A stretch of DNA of 27,399 nt from a virus (Duplodnaviria > Caudoviricetes): positions 1-27,399 of the IMG/VR virus record IMGVR_UViG_3300032104_000122; one strand, written 5' to 3'. Position numbers and translations under genes: made by a program. Of the stretch, positions 1 to 8,134 are shown piece after piece. The notes under the pieces were generated by a model that saw only the letters and a program-made list of their open reading frames with translations, made no database searches and was not told where the DNA came from. Each line of letters opens with the position of its first letter. The first letter of the stretch is position 1.

Positions 1-45
1 ATCAGGACCGCGCTGAGGATCATGGATGCAATTTGCGTGAACATT

Positions 46-126
46 TCACCACGCAAAGGAGAGGAACAGCACCAGGGCGATGATGAGGCCGGCGGTGAGG
101 ACCTGCTTGCCAATGTCGGTCAGCAC
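46..126 (-). CDS. Small hydrophobic peptide (MLTDIGKQVLTAGLIIALVLFLSFAW)
   Basis: GTG start overlaps the stop of the upstream gene; one hydrophobic stretch; read manually, not in the ORF track. Confidence 0.35.
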   Translation of the reverse strand: MLTDIGKQVLTAGLIIALVLFLSFAW

Positions 127-326
127 CCACGCGTCTCCTTCATGCCGAGGATGATGACGATGGCCAAGGCGTGGGCTATACTGGCCCGGTTCAACCAGTA
201 TTCGGGGCGGCGCCTCCTTTCCGCGATACGGCGGAATTCGTCTGCCCTCCGGCGATGCTGGTCGGCACGGTTCAAATCGGCATCAAGACGGGTGGCGTCT
301 TGGGAGAGGGTGTCAGGCATGATCAA
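120..326 (-). CDS. Hypothetical phage protein with C-terminal hydrophobic segment
   Basis: Start overlaps the stop of the 323-808 gene; part of the leftward operon. Confidence 0.55.
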   Translation of the reverse strand: MIMPDTLSQDATRLDADLNRADQHRRRADEFRRIAERRRRPEYWLNRASIAHALAIVIILGMKETRGC

Positions 327-808
327 GCCGCCTTTTCTACCATCAGATCGTCAAGGCATTTGGCTCCCGTATGGGCCAGCAATCCCGCCATATCTGCGGA
401 AAGACGTTGGCTAGCCTGGGTGTGTTCGATAATAAAATCCTTTAATTCCCCGTTTGATTCCCAATCGGCGCGCGTGGCTCTTAACGTCATTACATGCAGC
501 GCCCCGCGTCCGCCGCGCTCCGAAATGCAAATCCATGACGTGAGGGCGTCAATGTCGGCGGCGATATCCTCGGGAATATGGATTTTCAGTTGGTCGCCAA
601 CATCCTTCGGCAACAAACTATTCATGCGGGTCTTGACTTCTTTCAGCATTAAAAGCCGATGTCCTTCACGGTTGTCCGTGAGGGAAAAGTATTCGAGCGG
701 CACTTCGTTGAGGATTTGCTCAACGATGTCGGCCCTTGTCGCCGGGCCGCGCATCCCATGAATGCCCATAACGCGATCGATGGTCTGTTGAAGGGGGATG
801 CTAACCAT
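323..808 (-). CDS. Hypothetical phage protein (MVSIPLQQ...)
   Basis: ATG at 808 overlaps the end of the DUF3102 gene; globular-looking composition; the longer start in the ORF track overlaps the upstream gene and is unlikely. Confidence 0.75.
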   Translation of the reverse strand: MVSIPLQQTIDRVMGIHGMRGPATRADIVEQILNEVPLEYFSLTDNREGHRLLMLKEVKTRMNSLLPKDVGDQLKIHIPEDIAADIDALTSWICISERGGRGALHVMTLRATRADWESNGELKDFIIEHTQASQRLSADMAGLLAHTGAKCLDDLMVEKAA

Positions 809-1577
809 CGCGTTTCTCCCATTGGACGCAGAGTTCGTCGAGCCAACCGCGGGCCGCGCCGATCTCATCGTTTTCGTTGAAGCTGTGGAACTGCCAGGGG
901 CGGGCCTCGGCCAACCATTCGGTGGCTGTGACATCCAGGCCCGCCAGCAAATCAACGGCCTCGCGAACGGAATAGATCAATTTCCGGCGCTCGGCGGCGC
1001 GCTCGCCTTCTTCCTTCGTCGCGCCGAAGTAGATTTTGCCGTCACGGGCCAGAACCGGATGGTGGGTTTCGCGGGCCTCTACGCGTGCCTCTGAGGCCGT
1101 AGGAAGCGGACGCTCCTGAACTTTGGCCTCGGCTTCCTGGGCGATGATGTCCTGACGTAATTGCTGGGCTTCGTTTTGGCTTGTTTCTGGATGCTCAAGC
1201 ACATGTTGGACAACAGCGGCTGGGGTATCGTCTGATGTGATTGCCAAAAGAGTCGAAATCGTCGGCTTCTGGTCGCTTAGCGCTAAGCGACCAAATTTAT
1301 TGACGACTCGCATGATGTTTCTGGTGTGCGAAGCAGAAAGCCCGGTTTCTTTTTTCAGCCATTTATCCCATTGTCCGTTGGGACCCGCCCCGAGGCGCCG
1401 CCCATATTGGTCGAATTGTTTTCGTGCCAGGATAAGCTGGCGTCCGATCTCGAAATAACCCTCAACGGCTTTCTGGCCCGCCGCCCTGATCTTCGCCGCC
1501 GCATCTCTCAGGCTCGCCGCCTCGGCATCGGTGAAGCCGGCGTAATCAAATTTCGTTGTTGAACGGGCGGTAGCCAT
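801..1577 (-). CDS. DUF3102-like HTH DNA-binding protein
   Basis: EIGRQLILARK...GQWDKWLKKETGLSASHTRNIMRV matches the DUF3102 pattern; lies just downstream of a strong promoter. Confidence 0.75.
   Translation of the reverse strand: MATARSTTKFDYAGFTDAEAASLRDAAAKIRAAGQKAVEGYFEIGRQLILARKQFDQYGRRLGAGPNGQWDKWLKKETGLSASHTRNIMRVVNKFGRLALSDQKPTISTLLAITSDDTPAAVVQHVLEHPETSQNEAQQLRQDIIAQEAEAKVQERPLPTASEARVEARETHHPVLARDGKIYFGATKEEGERAAERRKLIYSVREAVDLLAGLDVTATEWLAEARPWQFHSFNENDEIGAARGWLDELCVQWEKRDG
1270..1293. repeat. Perfect 24-bp palindrome TGGTCGCTTAGCGCTAAGCGACCA inside the DUF3102 gene
   Basis: Sequence equals its own reverse complement. Confidence 0.95.
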
Positions 1578-1625
1578 GTGCGTCCCCACATCTGCCCGCT
1601 CGAGCGGCGGGGCGCGCGGGGAGGC

Positions 1626-1654
1626 ATCGTAATGCGATCAAGTGCCCGCGTCAA
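1626..1654 (-). promoter_or_regulatory. Sigma70-type leftward promoter
   Basis: Minus strand TTGACG (1654-1649), 17-nt spacer, TACGAT (1631-1626), about 50 nt upstream of the DUF3102 start. Confidence 0.7.
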
Positions 1655-1814
1655 CGAGGAAAAGCGGTCAGGAGCCTGCATTTATCGTTGATTGGCTTTT
1701 GGGAAGCGGGTAGTGTTCGGAAGGTCAGAGATCGGAGATCAGGAAGACATCGCAACCATGGATAAAATTGTTCTGTGCGGCGATGCTGGGCCGTTCAAGG
1801 ATTACCTGGATCGG

Positions 1815-2042
1815 TTACGGTCGCTTGTCGAGGCGCTTGATTCCCCGGGCGAAGTCATCGACGGCCTTCTCGGCATCCTTGACGCTCCGGAGAAACTGTT
1901 TCGATTCAAGGTGGATCCTTTCCCGACAGGCGGCACAAATCAATATCTTGTTCGCCTTGAGCCAACGGATTTTGCGGCGGTTGTCATGGCCGCAGTTCGG
2001 ACAGGGAATATCAACGGATTGGTCGTCAAGGATTCTGGCCAT
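1815..2042 (-). CDS. Small zinc-ribbon protein
   Basis: CPNC and CAAC pairs followed by an amphipathic helix; AGGGA upstream of ATG 2042; follows the repressor gene. Confidence 0.7.
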   Translation of the reverse strand: MARILDDQSVDIPCPNCGHDNRRKIRWLKANKILICAACRERIHLESKQFLRSVKDAEKAVDDFARGIKRLDKRP

Positions 2043-2067
2043 CGTTGTCGTCCCTGATTTCTCGGCG

Positions 2068-2565
2068 TCAAAGCCTCCACACATGGGCCGAGCGGCGGCG
2101 CTCGGGGCCATCGTAATCGGCATCGGATCCGGCGGTGCGGCGCTCCGGCCCCGTGTACAGCACGATCCCGTGGTCGCAGGTGACCTCGATCATGATCCCT
2201 GGGTTCATTGCTCCTATGTTGCCTAGCGTGGCCTTACGCTGCACCTCGGAGAGGCCGCGGAAGCCAGAGAGTAGTTTTTTCTCGTCCGTGGTTTCGGGCA
2301 CCGGATCGACGGCGTCGATGCTGTCGTCGTCGGTGTCGCCGAAGATATAATCGATGGTCGTCTCGAGGTGCCGCGCCAGGACCGACAATCTCTCGTGCGT
2401 GGGGACGAAGACACGGTCCGGTTCCACGAGACCGCGAAAAATGCTGCGGACGTAATTGCGGTCGAAGCCGCAAGCGACGCTCAACGAGGTCGGGTTGAAG
2501 CTGTTTACAGTCATCCGCGCGCGAATTCGAGAACAGATCAGATGATGCCGTTCGGCCTTTTTCAT
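2068..2565 (-). CDS. CI-like XRE/HTH repressor with no recognisable S24 peptidase domain
   Basis: HTH-like PTSLSVACGFDRNYVRSIFRG and LARHLETTIDYI, plus DEKKLLSGFRGLS; divergent from a Cro-like gene. Confidence 0.8.
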   Translation of the reverse strand: MKKAERHHLICSRIRARMTVNSFNPTSLSVACGFDRNYVRSIFRGLVEPDRVFVPTHERLSVLARHLETTIDYIFGDTDDDSIDAVDPVPETTDEKKLLSGFRGLSEVQRKATLGNIGAMNPGIMIEVTCDHGIVLYTGPERRTAGSDADYDGPERRRSAHVWRL

Positions 2566-2597
2566 GGGGTCATTTTCCCGCTAAACCATTGAAAAAT

Positions 2598-2646
2598 AAA
2601 TGCCGGCAAATAACCGTTGACAAATGCCGTCAACCGCCCGCATTAT
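2598..2646. promoter_or_regulatory. Immunity switch: operator-like repeats and rightward promoter
   Basis: AAATGCCGGCAA (2598-2609) and AAATGCCGTCAA (2622-2633) 24 bp apart; TTGACA 2617-2622 with CATTAT 2641-2646 (18-nt spacer). Confidence 0.6.
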
Positions 2647-2656
2647 CACCGCTGCC

Positions 2657-2929
2657 ATGAACCATAGTCCACAGACGTTGAGGGGAAAGTTAATGGCCGA
2701 TGCCGAGGAGCATTGTCGTCGGACTGGGATTTCTCTGGCCCGCCTAAGCACCGTGGTGGCCAACAACAGCCATTTCTTCGAGAGGCTGGCGGCCGGCGGC
2801 GACTGCACCACGGGAACCTACGAGCGGTTCCAGGCGTATTTCGATGCCGCCCGGCGCCGCAACGCCGGACGGAGGGACGATAAACATTTATTCGACAGGC
2901 GCAACCGAAAAACAGACAAGCGCCATTAA
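2657..2929 (+). CDS. Cro-like transcriptional regulator
   Basis: Short HTH protein (ISLARLSTVVANNSHFFERLAAGGDCTTGTYER) of alphaproteobacterial prophage Cro type; divergent from the repressor; start uncertain. Confidence 0.8.
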   Translation: MNHSPQTLRGKLMADAEEHCRRTGISLARLSTVVANNSHFFERLAAGGDCTTGTYERFQAYFDAARRRNAGRRDDKHLFDRRNRKTDKRH

Positions 2930-3538
2930 AGAATTTATAATTAAAAATAAATACTGGGGATAAGTGAAGTAACCACTAGGTATTGCGGAGTGCCTAAATT
3001 CGTAAGGGTGCTTTAAAAGATACGCGATACTATCCCAGTAAAAACCAAGGCCCTCCAAGGGGCCGTTCGCAGGAAGGATGCTTGAGCTCTGCTTGAATGG
3101 GCGGGGCTCCTTTTTGGCGGGCGGCCATGACGGAGGATGCCTTGGTCGAGAGCGATCCCTGCCGGGCACAGATAGAGCCGTCGCGGCGTACCGCACGCCG
3201 TGACGGGGATGCGCGCGTCCACGCAACGTCGGTGACGCCGGGTTGGCCCGTGGTGCGCGCGTCTTTTCTTGATGGGGCGGCAAGGGGCATCATTTTGGAG
3301 GGCTGCGAAATCTTCGCCGGGGTGGTCGGCTGGCGGCCGAGTTCAGCGGTCATGCCGGAGCGGCCGCGTGATGGCGCCACGAAACCCCGCTGCCGCCGGC
3401 GGGGCCCCGGCCTCCCAGGGAGCCGGGGCGAACGGCGGTGCATCCTCCCTGTTGAAAACTGCCGGGACCGGGTCGGGACGCGAATGCGCGCCGATGCGGC
3501 CCCGGCTTTTTTCAAACCCAGGGATCAGAAATCAGATT

Positions 3539-4090
3539 ATGCCAATGAAGAATTTTGAGGCCGGGCAGCGGCGAAAGCTGCCAAACCGGCGGCCGGCGGA
3601 GACGGTGGTGCTCGTCCACGAAGGCCAGTCCGTATTTGCGACCCTCGGCTTCTGCCCGGAGACGGGAGCCGTGCGCGAGGTCTTCCTGCGCCGTGGCGGA
3701 CCGCCGGGGAGCGACATGGACCGCCTGCTCGACGACGTCGGGGTCCTGATGTCCCGTTTGTTGCAATTGGGCGAGGACCCGGCCGTCCTGGCCAAGAGCC
3801 TCGGGCGGTTAGGATGGTATCCCAACGCCACCGGATCGGTGTTGCGCGATCCGGCCCAGACCTTCGTCGATTACCTGACCAACGACGACCACGGCCTGTG
3901 TTTGGACGCCTCGGCGATCGATCGTGATGCGTTGTACGCGGCGGCCAAGGTTTGCGACGAGGCGGTGCAGGGCCCCACGCCGGCGGCGTCGATCGTCGGA
4001 GTTGTCGCCGACTGGCTGGCGCGGGTGAAGGATGAGGCCGCCGGTGACGCGGACGATCTGGACGATTTCAACCCCGGGGGGACGGACTGA
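3539..4090 (+). CDS. TSCPD-like protein resembling the class II ribonucleotide reductase C-terminal/NrdJb domain
   Basis: RRKLPNRR...EVFL...GSDMDRLLDDVGVLMSRLLQLG...ASIVGVVAD pattern. Confidence 0.7.
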   Translation: MPMKNFEAGQRRKLPNRRPAETVVLVHEGQSVFATLGFCPETGAVREVFLRRGGPPGSDMDRLLDDVGVLMSRLLQLGEDPAVLAKSLGRLGWYPNATGSVLRDPAQTFVDYLTNDDHGLCLDASAIDRDALYAAAKVCDEAVQGPTPAASIVGVVADWLARVKDEAAGDADDLDDFNPGGTD

Positions 4091-4521
4091 TGGGGAAGCC
4101 GGGCCTTCTTCCTCCGAAGCAGCTGGACGACCTTCTGCGGCGCCGGGCGCTTGCCGAAAGGCTGCCGGAGCTGGCGCGCCGGTTCAGCCTGACGTTGCAC
4201 CAAGTCTATAAGCTGCTGGATAACCATCGGCGTCGCCTCGAGTCGGTGTGCGCGGAGTTCGGTATCCCGCCGCCCAGGCACGGCGGATACCCGTCGTTGC
4301 ATCCGGCCAAGCGGCGGCGGCGCCGATTCTTGCCCCGTCCGCCAACGGACGCCGCGCCGCCGGCGCGGACCCGGACGTGTCTCAAATGCGGCGATGATTT
4401 CACCAGCGAGGGACCGTGGAATCGGGTGTGCGCCAAGTGCAAGATCTCGCAGGCCTGGCGGTTGGGCGGGGATTGGGCCGTCCACACGGGCAGTCGGATG
4501 GGCGCGCCGGGAGCGGACTAA
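4090..4521 (+). CDS. Putative HTH protein with C-terminal zinc finger
   Basis: RTCLKCGDDFTSEGPWNRVCAKCK; TGATG coupling to the upstream gene. Confidence 0.7.
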   Translation: MGKPGLLPPKQLDDLLRRRALAERLPELARRFSLTLHQVYKLLDNHRRRLESVCAEFGIPPPRHGGYPSLHPAKRRRRRFLPRPPTDAAPPARTRTCLKCGDDFTSEGPWNRVCAKCKISQAWRLGGDWAVHTGSRMGAPGAD

Positions 4522-4628
4522 TGGAACACGGGGCGGAACGGCGCGAGAGGTTCCTGCGGGTATGCCTGGAGGTCGGCGCGACCATTCAGGTGGCCATGGA
4601 GCGGACGGTGCGGGGGGGGGCGGCGTGA
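4521..4628 (+). pseudogene. 35-aa truncated duplicate of the N-terminus of the 5080-5781 gene
   Basis: ERRERFLRVC.E.GAT shared; 4535-4583 matches 5094-5142 at 45/49 nt, in register from the ATG. Confidence 0.7.
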
Positions 4629-5083
4629 CGGACCAACGCAAAATCTATGTCGCGTCGTCGTGGCGGAACGCGGTACAGCCAGACGTGGTTGCGGCCCTCC
4701 AGTCGGACGGTCATCTCGTCTATGATTTTCGCAACCCCCGTGATGGGGACACGGGGTTCCACTGGTCCCGGCTCGATCCAAATTGGAAAGCGTGGTCGCC
4801 ACAAGAGTTTCGTGCACAGCTTGAGGGGCATCCCGTCGCCGCAGACGGCTTCAAAAGCGACCGCGCGGCGCTTGATTGGTGCGACCTCTGCGTCCTTGTA
4901 ATGCCGTGCGGGCGCAGTGCCCACCTAGAATTTGGCTACGCCATCGGCGCTGGCAAGGCGTCAGTCATCATGCTTTCCGACGGCGAGCCTGAGTTGATGT
5001 ATCTGTTCGCTGATTTCCGCTGCATCGGTATCGACGAGGTCCGCGAGGCGGTAAAAAGTCTCGCCAGCGGGAGGGCCGCATGA
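4625..5083 (+). CDS. Nucleoside 2-deoxyribosyltransferase-like protein
   Basis: KIYVASSWRN...D..ALDWCDLCVLVMPCGRSAHLEFGYAIG motif; GTGA coupling at the start. Confidence 0.8.
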   Translation: MTDQRKIYVASSWRNAVQPDVVAALQSDGHLVYDFRNPRDGDTGFHWSRLDPNWKAWSPQEFRAQLEGHPVAADGFKSDRAALDWCDLCVLVMPCGRSAHLEFGYAIGAGKASVIMLSDGEPELMYLFADFRCIGIDEVREAVKSLASGRAA

Positions 5084-5781
5084 CGGAGGCCGTGGAGCGG
5101 CGCGAGAGGTTCCTGCGGGTGTGCGTGGAGGCCGGCGCGACCCCGGACAAGGCGCTGGCCCAGGCCCGCGCCATGGAGGAGTTCATAATCAATGGCATAG
5201 TGGCGCCGTTGATGCTGGCGCCGCCACCGCAGGAACCGGCCGGCTCGGCCGACAAGAAAGCCACCGCCGCCCTTCCTCCGTCCGCCGAAGCGGGCTCTGC
5301 GAAGGCGAAGGATGCGGCGCCGCCGGCGCCGCCGCGAAAGGCCCGCCATGGAAAGGCATGGACCCCGGGGAAGGTGGCGGAATTCGAACGGATGTGGCAG
5401 GCAGACGCCGGCATCTCGGAGATTGCGGCGAAGTTCAATCTGACCAAAGCGGCGGCGTACGAGCGTGCGAGGATTCTGGGCCTCGGGCGGCGCAGACCGC
5501 CGGGCGGGCGACGCGCGGCCGCGCCGGTAACCACGCCGGCTACCTCCGACCTGCCGTCGGCGGCGAGGCCGGCCGGGGCGGGGCCGGTAAGCATCGAGGG
5601 CGTCATCCGTTTCCTGCAGTCGTGCGATATGCACATCGAGAAGGACCCCAACAGCGTGAAAATGCCCCGATGGTTGGTGGACGGCTTGCGCGACGAGGCG
5701 CTGACCGCCGACGAGCTGCTCATCTACGCCAACAAAGAACGGCGGCGCATCGGGATGTCCGAATTGATCTACGGCCTGTGA
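5080..5781 (+). CDS. Protein with a GcrA-like HTH domain
   Basis: WTPGKVAEFERMWQADAGISEIAAKFNLTKAAAYERARILGL resembles the GcrA N-terminal HTH; flanked by Pro/Ala linkers. Confidence 0.7.
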   Translation: MTEAVERRERFLRVCVEAGATPDKALAQARAMEEFIINGIVAPLMLAPPPQEPAGSADKKATAALPPSAEAGSAKAKDAAPPAPPRKARHGKAWTPGKVAEFERMWQADAGISEIAAKFNLTKAAAYERARILGLGRRRPPGGRRAAAPVTTPATSDLPSAARPAGAGPVSIEGVIRFLQSCDMHIEKDPNSVKMPRWLVDGLRDEALTADELLIYANKERRRIGMSELIYGL

Positions 5782-5814
5782 GGCGGGGACGGGAAGACAG
5801 GGATCAGACGCAAA

Positions 5815-6054
5815 ATGTACCCGGGAAAACACCAGATTCGGCTTCTTGCACAACTCGCCACGCCGGCGTTGATGCTGGTGGTGCCGGACAGGGTCTCGCG
5901 TTCCCTGGAAAGGCGCGGCCTGGTGGCGCCGCGCAGCACGCGGACGGACGGCTGCATAGGGATCACGCCGGCGGGACTTCGCGTCCTCGCCGATCTTTTC
6001 GAGGCGGGGAAACTGGAGAAGATGGTGGGCGAGCCGGGGAGGGCACCGATATGA
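5815..6054 (+). CDS. Hypothetical protein
   Basis: Fits the operon; stop overlaps the next ATG (ATGA). Confidence 0.55.
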   Translation: MYPGKHQIRLLAQLATPALMLVVPDRVSRSLERRGLVAPRSTRTDGCIGITPAGLRVLADLFEAGKLEKMVGEPGRAPI

Positions 6055-6215
6055 CGTTTGACGAATGGTGGGCAGCCGTGACGCAGGAAGCAAAGCGGCG
6101 CGGTGGTGAACACTTGCTCGGGGATCAAGAGAGCCACCGCGACGGCTTTGAAGATGGCTATACGCCCGCTGAGGAAATCGCTGAGGCCATCTACTCGGCC
6201 GGGGTGTCAATGTGA
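6051..6215 (+). CDS. Small acidic hypothetical protein (MTFDEWW...)
   Basis: GGAGG upstream; coupled at both ends. Confidence 0.65.
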   Translation: MTFDEWWAAVTQEAKRRGGEHLLGDQESHRDGFEDGYTPAEEIAEAIYSAGVSM

Positions 6216-7075
6216 TGGGCGCCAACACCGAAATCGAGTGGTGCGACTCCACCTTCAACCCATGGATCGGGTGCGCCAAGGTCGGGCTGGGGTGCGATCA
6301 CTGTTACGCCGAGACTTGGGCCAGGCGGACGGGCGCGCCGGAATTGTGGAACGGCGAGCGCCGGCGGACGAAGACCTGGGGCAACCCGCTCAAGTGGAAC
6401 CGCGAAGCCAAAGAGAACGGCGTTCGCTATCGGGTTTTCTGTGCGTCCCTCGCCGACGTGTTCGACAACGCCGTGCTCCCCGCTTGGCGCGATGATCTCT
6501 GGCACCTGATCCGCTGCACGCGGCATCTGGACTGGATCATCGTCACCAAGCGCATCGGCAACGCGGCGAAGATGCTGCCGCCCGATTGGGGGCCGGGCTG
6601 GCCGCACGTGTGGTTGCTCGCCACCATTTGCACCCAGCCCGAAGCCGACCGTGACGTCCCGAAGCTGCTGGCGACGCCGGCGGCGGTGCGCGGCATTTCC
6701 TACGAGCCGGCTTTGGGGCCGGTGGATCTTTCTCGACGGGGGCTTTGGCTCTGCCAACATTGGAAGTCCGAGGACTCATTATCGAGTGCGCCCTGGTGTC
6801 CTGATGACCCATCAAAATGGTGGTGGGAACCGCAAGCACTTCGAGGGCCGGGACAGGTGATGCTCGACTGGATCATATGCGGCGGTGAGAGCGGGCCGGG
6901 CGCCAGACCCATGCACCCGGCCTGGGCGCGGTCGATGCGCGACCAATGCCAGGCCGCCGGCGCGGCGTTCTTTATGAAACAGATGGCGAAGAAAGCGCCG
7001 ATTCCTGACGATCTGATGATTCGGGAATGGCCAGATGGTGGATGCGCCGATTTCGAGGAGAATTCAATTGTGTGA
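6212..7075 (+). CDS. DUF5131 (phage Gp37/Gp68) family, radical-SAM-like protein
   Basis: TEIEWCDSTFNPWIGCAKVGLGCDHCYAE, FCASLADVFD, TKR, WIICGGESGPGARPMHPAWARSMRDQC. Confidence 0.92.
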   Translation: MMGANTEIEWCDSTFNPWIGCAKVGLGCDHCYAETWARRTGAPELWNGERRRTKTWGNPLKWNREAKENGVRYRVFCASLADVFDNAVLPAWRDDLWHLIRCTRHLDWIIVTKRIGNAAKMLPPDWGPGWPHVWLLATICTQPEADRDVPKLLATPAAVRGISYEPALGPVDLSRRGLWLCQHWKSEDSLSSAPWCPDDPSKWWWEPQALRGPGQVMLDWIICGGESGPGARPMHPAWARSMRDQCQAAGAAFFMKQMAKKAPIPDDLMIREWPDGGCADFEENSIV

Positions 7076-7517
7076 TCGTTCGCCAGTAATGCTCTCGCGC
7101 CTTCGTGATTTCCGCTGTCAACCGATAAGGGGGCTTTTGTGTCGCCTTGATTTCGGCCCACTGTCGCGCGCACAGATCGGTGAACTCAACGATAAGTGCG
7201 GCTTGACGCTTTTTAATCCGCAGATATGGGAGCAGCGCCTCCGCCGCCGTCCGAGCTCGCTTGTCGGTCGCTTGCCAAACCGTCCAAGGTTTGTGCGCGG
7301 CGTTCGTCGGTTGGTGGTGATAGACCGAACCGCCAAACAATTCTTTCAGAAGATACTGCACCTCTTCGCCGATCGTGCCAGTGAAACCGACCTTTGCGAT
7401 GTAATAGGTGGGTCGATGAGATTCATACCGCTTCCCCTTTGTCCTGTAGCTCCGCTGGATGGTAAAAAAACCATTGCCGTCAAGCGCGCCAGCGAGATAA
7501 ACGAGTGTCGTTTCCAT
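6972..7517 (-). CDS. Single-motif LAGLIDADG homing endonuclease, antisense to the operon
   Basis: YLAGALDGNGFFTI; LKELFGGSV; LLPYLRIKKRQA; ends near WRTITQLN. Confidence 0.88.
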   Translation of the reverse strand: METTLVYLAGALDGNGFFTIQRSYRTKGKRYESHRPTYYIAKVGFTGTIGEEVQYLLKELFGGSVYHHQPTNAAHKPWTVWQATDKRARTAAEALLPYLRIKKRQAALIVEFTDLCARQWAEIKATQKPPYRLTAEITKAREHYWRTITQLNSPRNRRIHHLAIPESSDRQESALSSPSVS

Positions 7518-7544
7518 GCGCGCAGTACAACACATCGAGTCCTG

Positions 7545-7613
7545 AAATATACGGCCGGCCGCTTGCTCGACGGACGCACGTGGAACGAGTACCCGGGGGC
7601 CGACGATGGGTAA
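7545..7613 (+). pseudogene. Orphan DUF5131 C-terminus (KYTAGRLLDGRTWNEYP)
   Basis: GRLLDGRTW.E.P is the common DUF5131 C-terminal motif; its stop overlaps the next gene start. Confidence 0.7.
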
Positions 7614-7875
7614 CCACTTGCGGAACGGGCAATTCCTTTCGGACAAGTATGCCGTTTACCGCTTCCGTGACGGGAAGTGCGCCAGTCCCGACAAACTGGT
7701 GTTGAGTTTCCATGATCCGGCGGCGCGTGCGGCGCTTCAATTGTTCGCCAACATGACAGCGGACGCGGAATTGGCGATCGACATCAAGGCGCGGCTGAGA
7801 TCGGTCGGATCGGACATCAGGGATGACGGATCAAATACAAAGAAAGGAACCGGCAATGAGCAAATTGCCCTATGA
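7606..7875 (+). CDS. Hypothetical phage protein
   Basis: D..ARAAL..FA motif seen in small phage proteins; fits the operon. Confidence 0.65.
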   Translation: MGNHLRNGQFLSDKYAVYRFRDGKCASPDKLVLSFHDPAARAALQLFANMTADAELAIDIKARLRSVGSDIRDDGSNTKKGTGNEQIAL

Positions 7876-8134
7876 GGCCGCGCAGCACGCGATGCAAACG
7901 GGCGTCGCTCAGGAGATGGAACACCGGCCCGGTCCGACGGCGCCAAAAAGCCTTCGTGTCGGTATAAACACAGCCCTATGCGATCACGCCGCCTTGGTCC
8001 GGTTGCTGGTCGACAAGGGCGTAAGCACCGACGCCGAATACGTGGATGCCATTACGGACGAGATGAACCTAGAAGTCGAACGGTATGAGCGGTCGCTGGG
8101 TGACTCCTTGGGCGCGAAGATCACCCTGCGATGA
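7856..8134 (+). CDS. Hypothetical phage protein
   Basis: AAGGA upstream of ATG 7856; stop overlaps the next ATG. Confidence 0.7.
   Translation: MSKLPYEAAQHAMQTGVAQEMEHRPGPTAPKSLRVGINTALCDHAALVRLLVDKGVSTDAEYVDAITDEMNLEVERYERSLGDSLGAKITLR

Noticed and set aside
447-463. TCCCCGTTTGATTCCCA, 16/17 identical to spacer A plus loop of guide unit 2
   Set aside because: No leading CCA, no closing stem, and it lies antisense within a coding gene; treated as coincidence, though cheap to recheck
3097-3558. 153-aa ORF at the cII position
   Set aside because: Arg/Pro/Gly-rich, no recognisable domain, and it runs through terminator-like hairpins
5121-6050. 364-aa + strand ORF 5121-6215
   Set aside because: Arg/Gly-rich off-frame read of the GcrA-like gene; only the last 54 codons from ATG 6051 look real
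7040-7545. Group I intron or intein housing the LAGLIDADG ORF
   Set aside because: The ORF is antisense, under 30 nt of flanking non-coding sequence leaves no room for a ribozyme core, and there are no intein motifs
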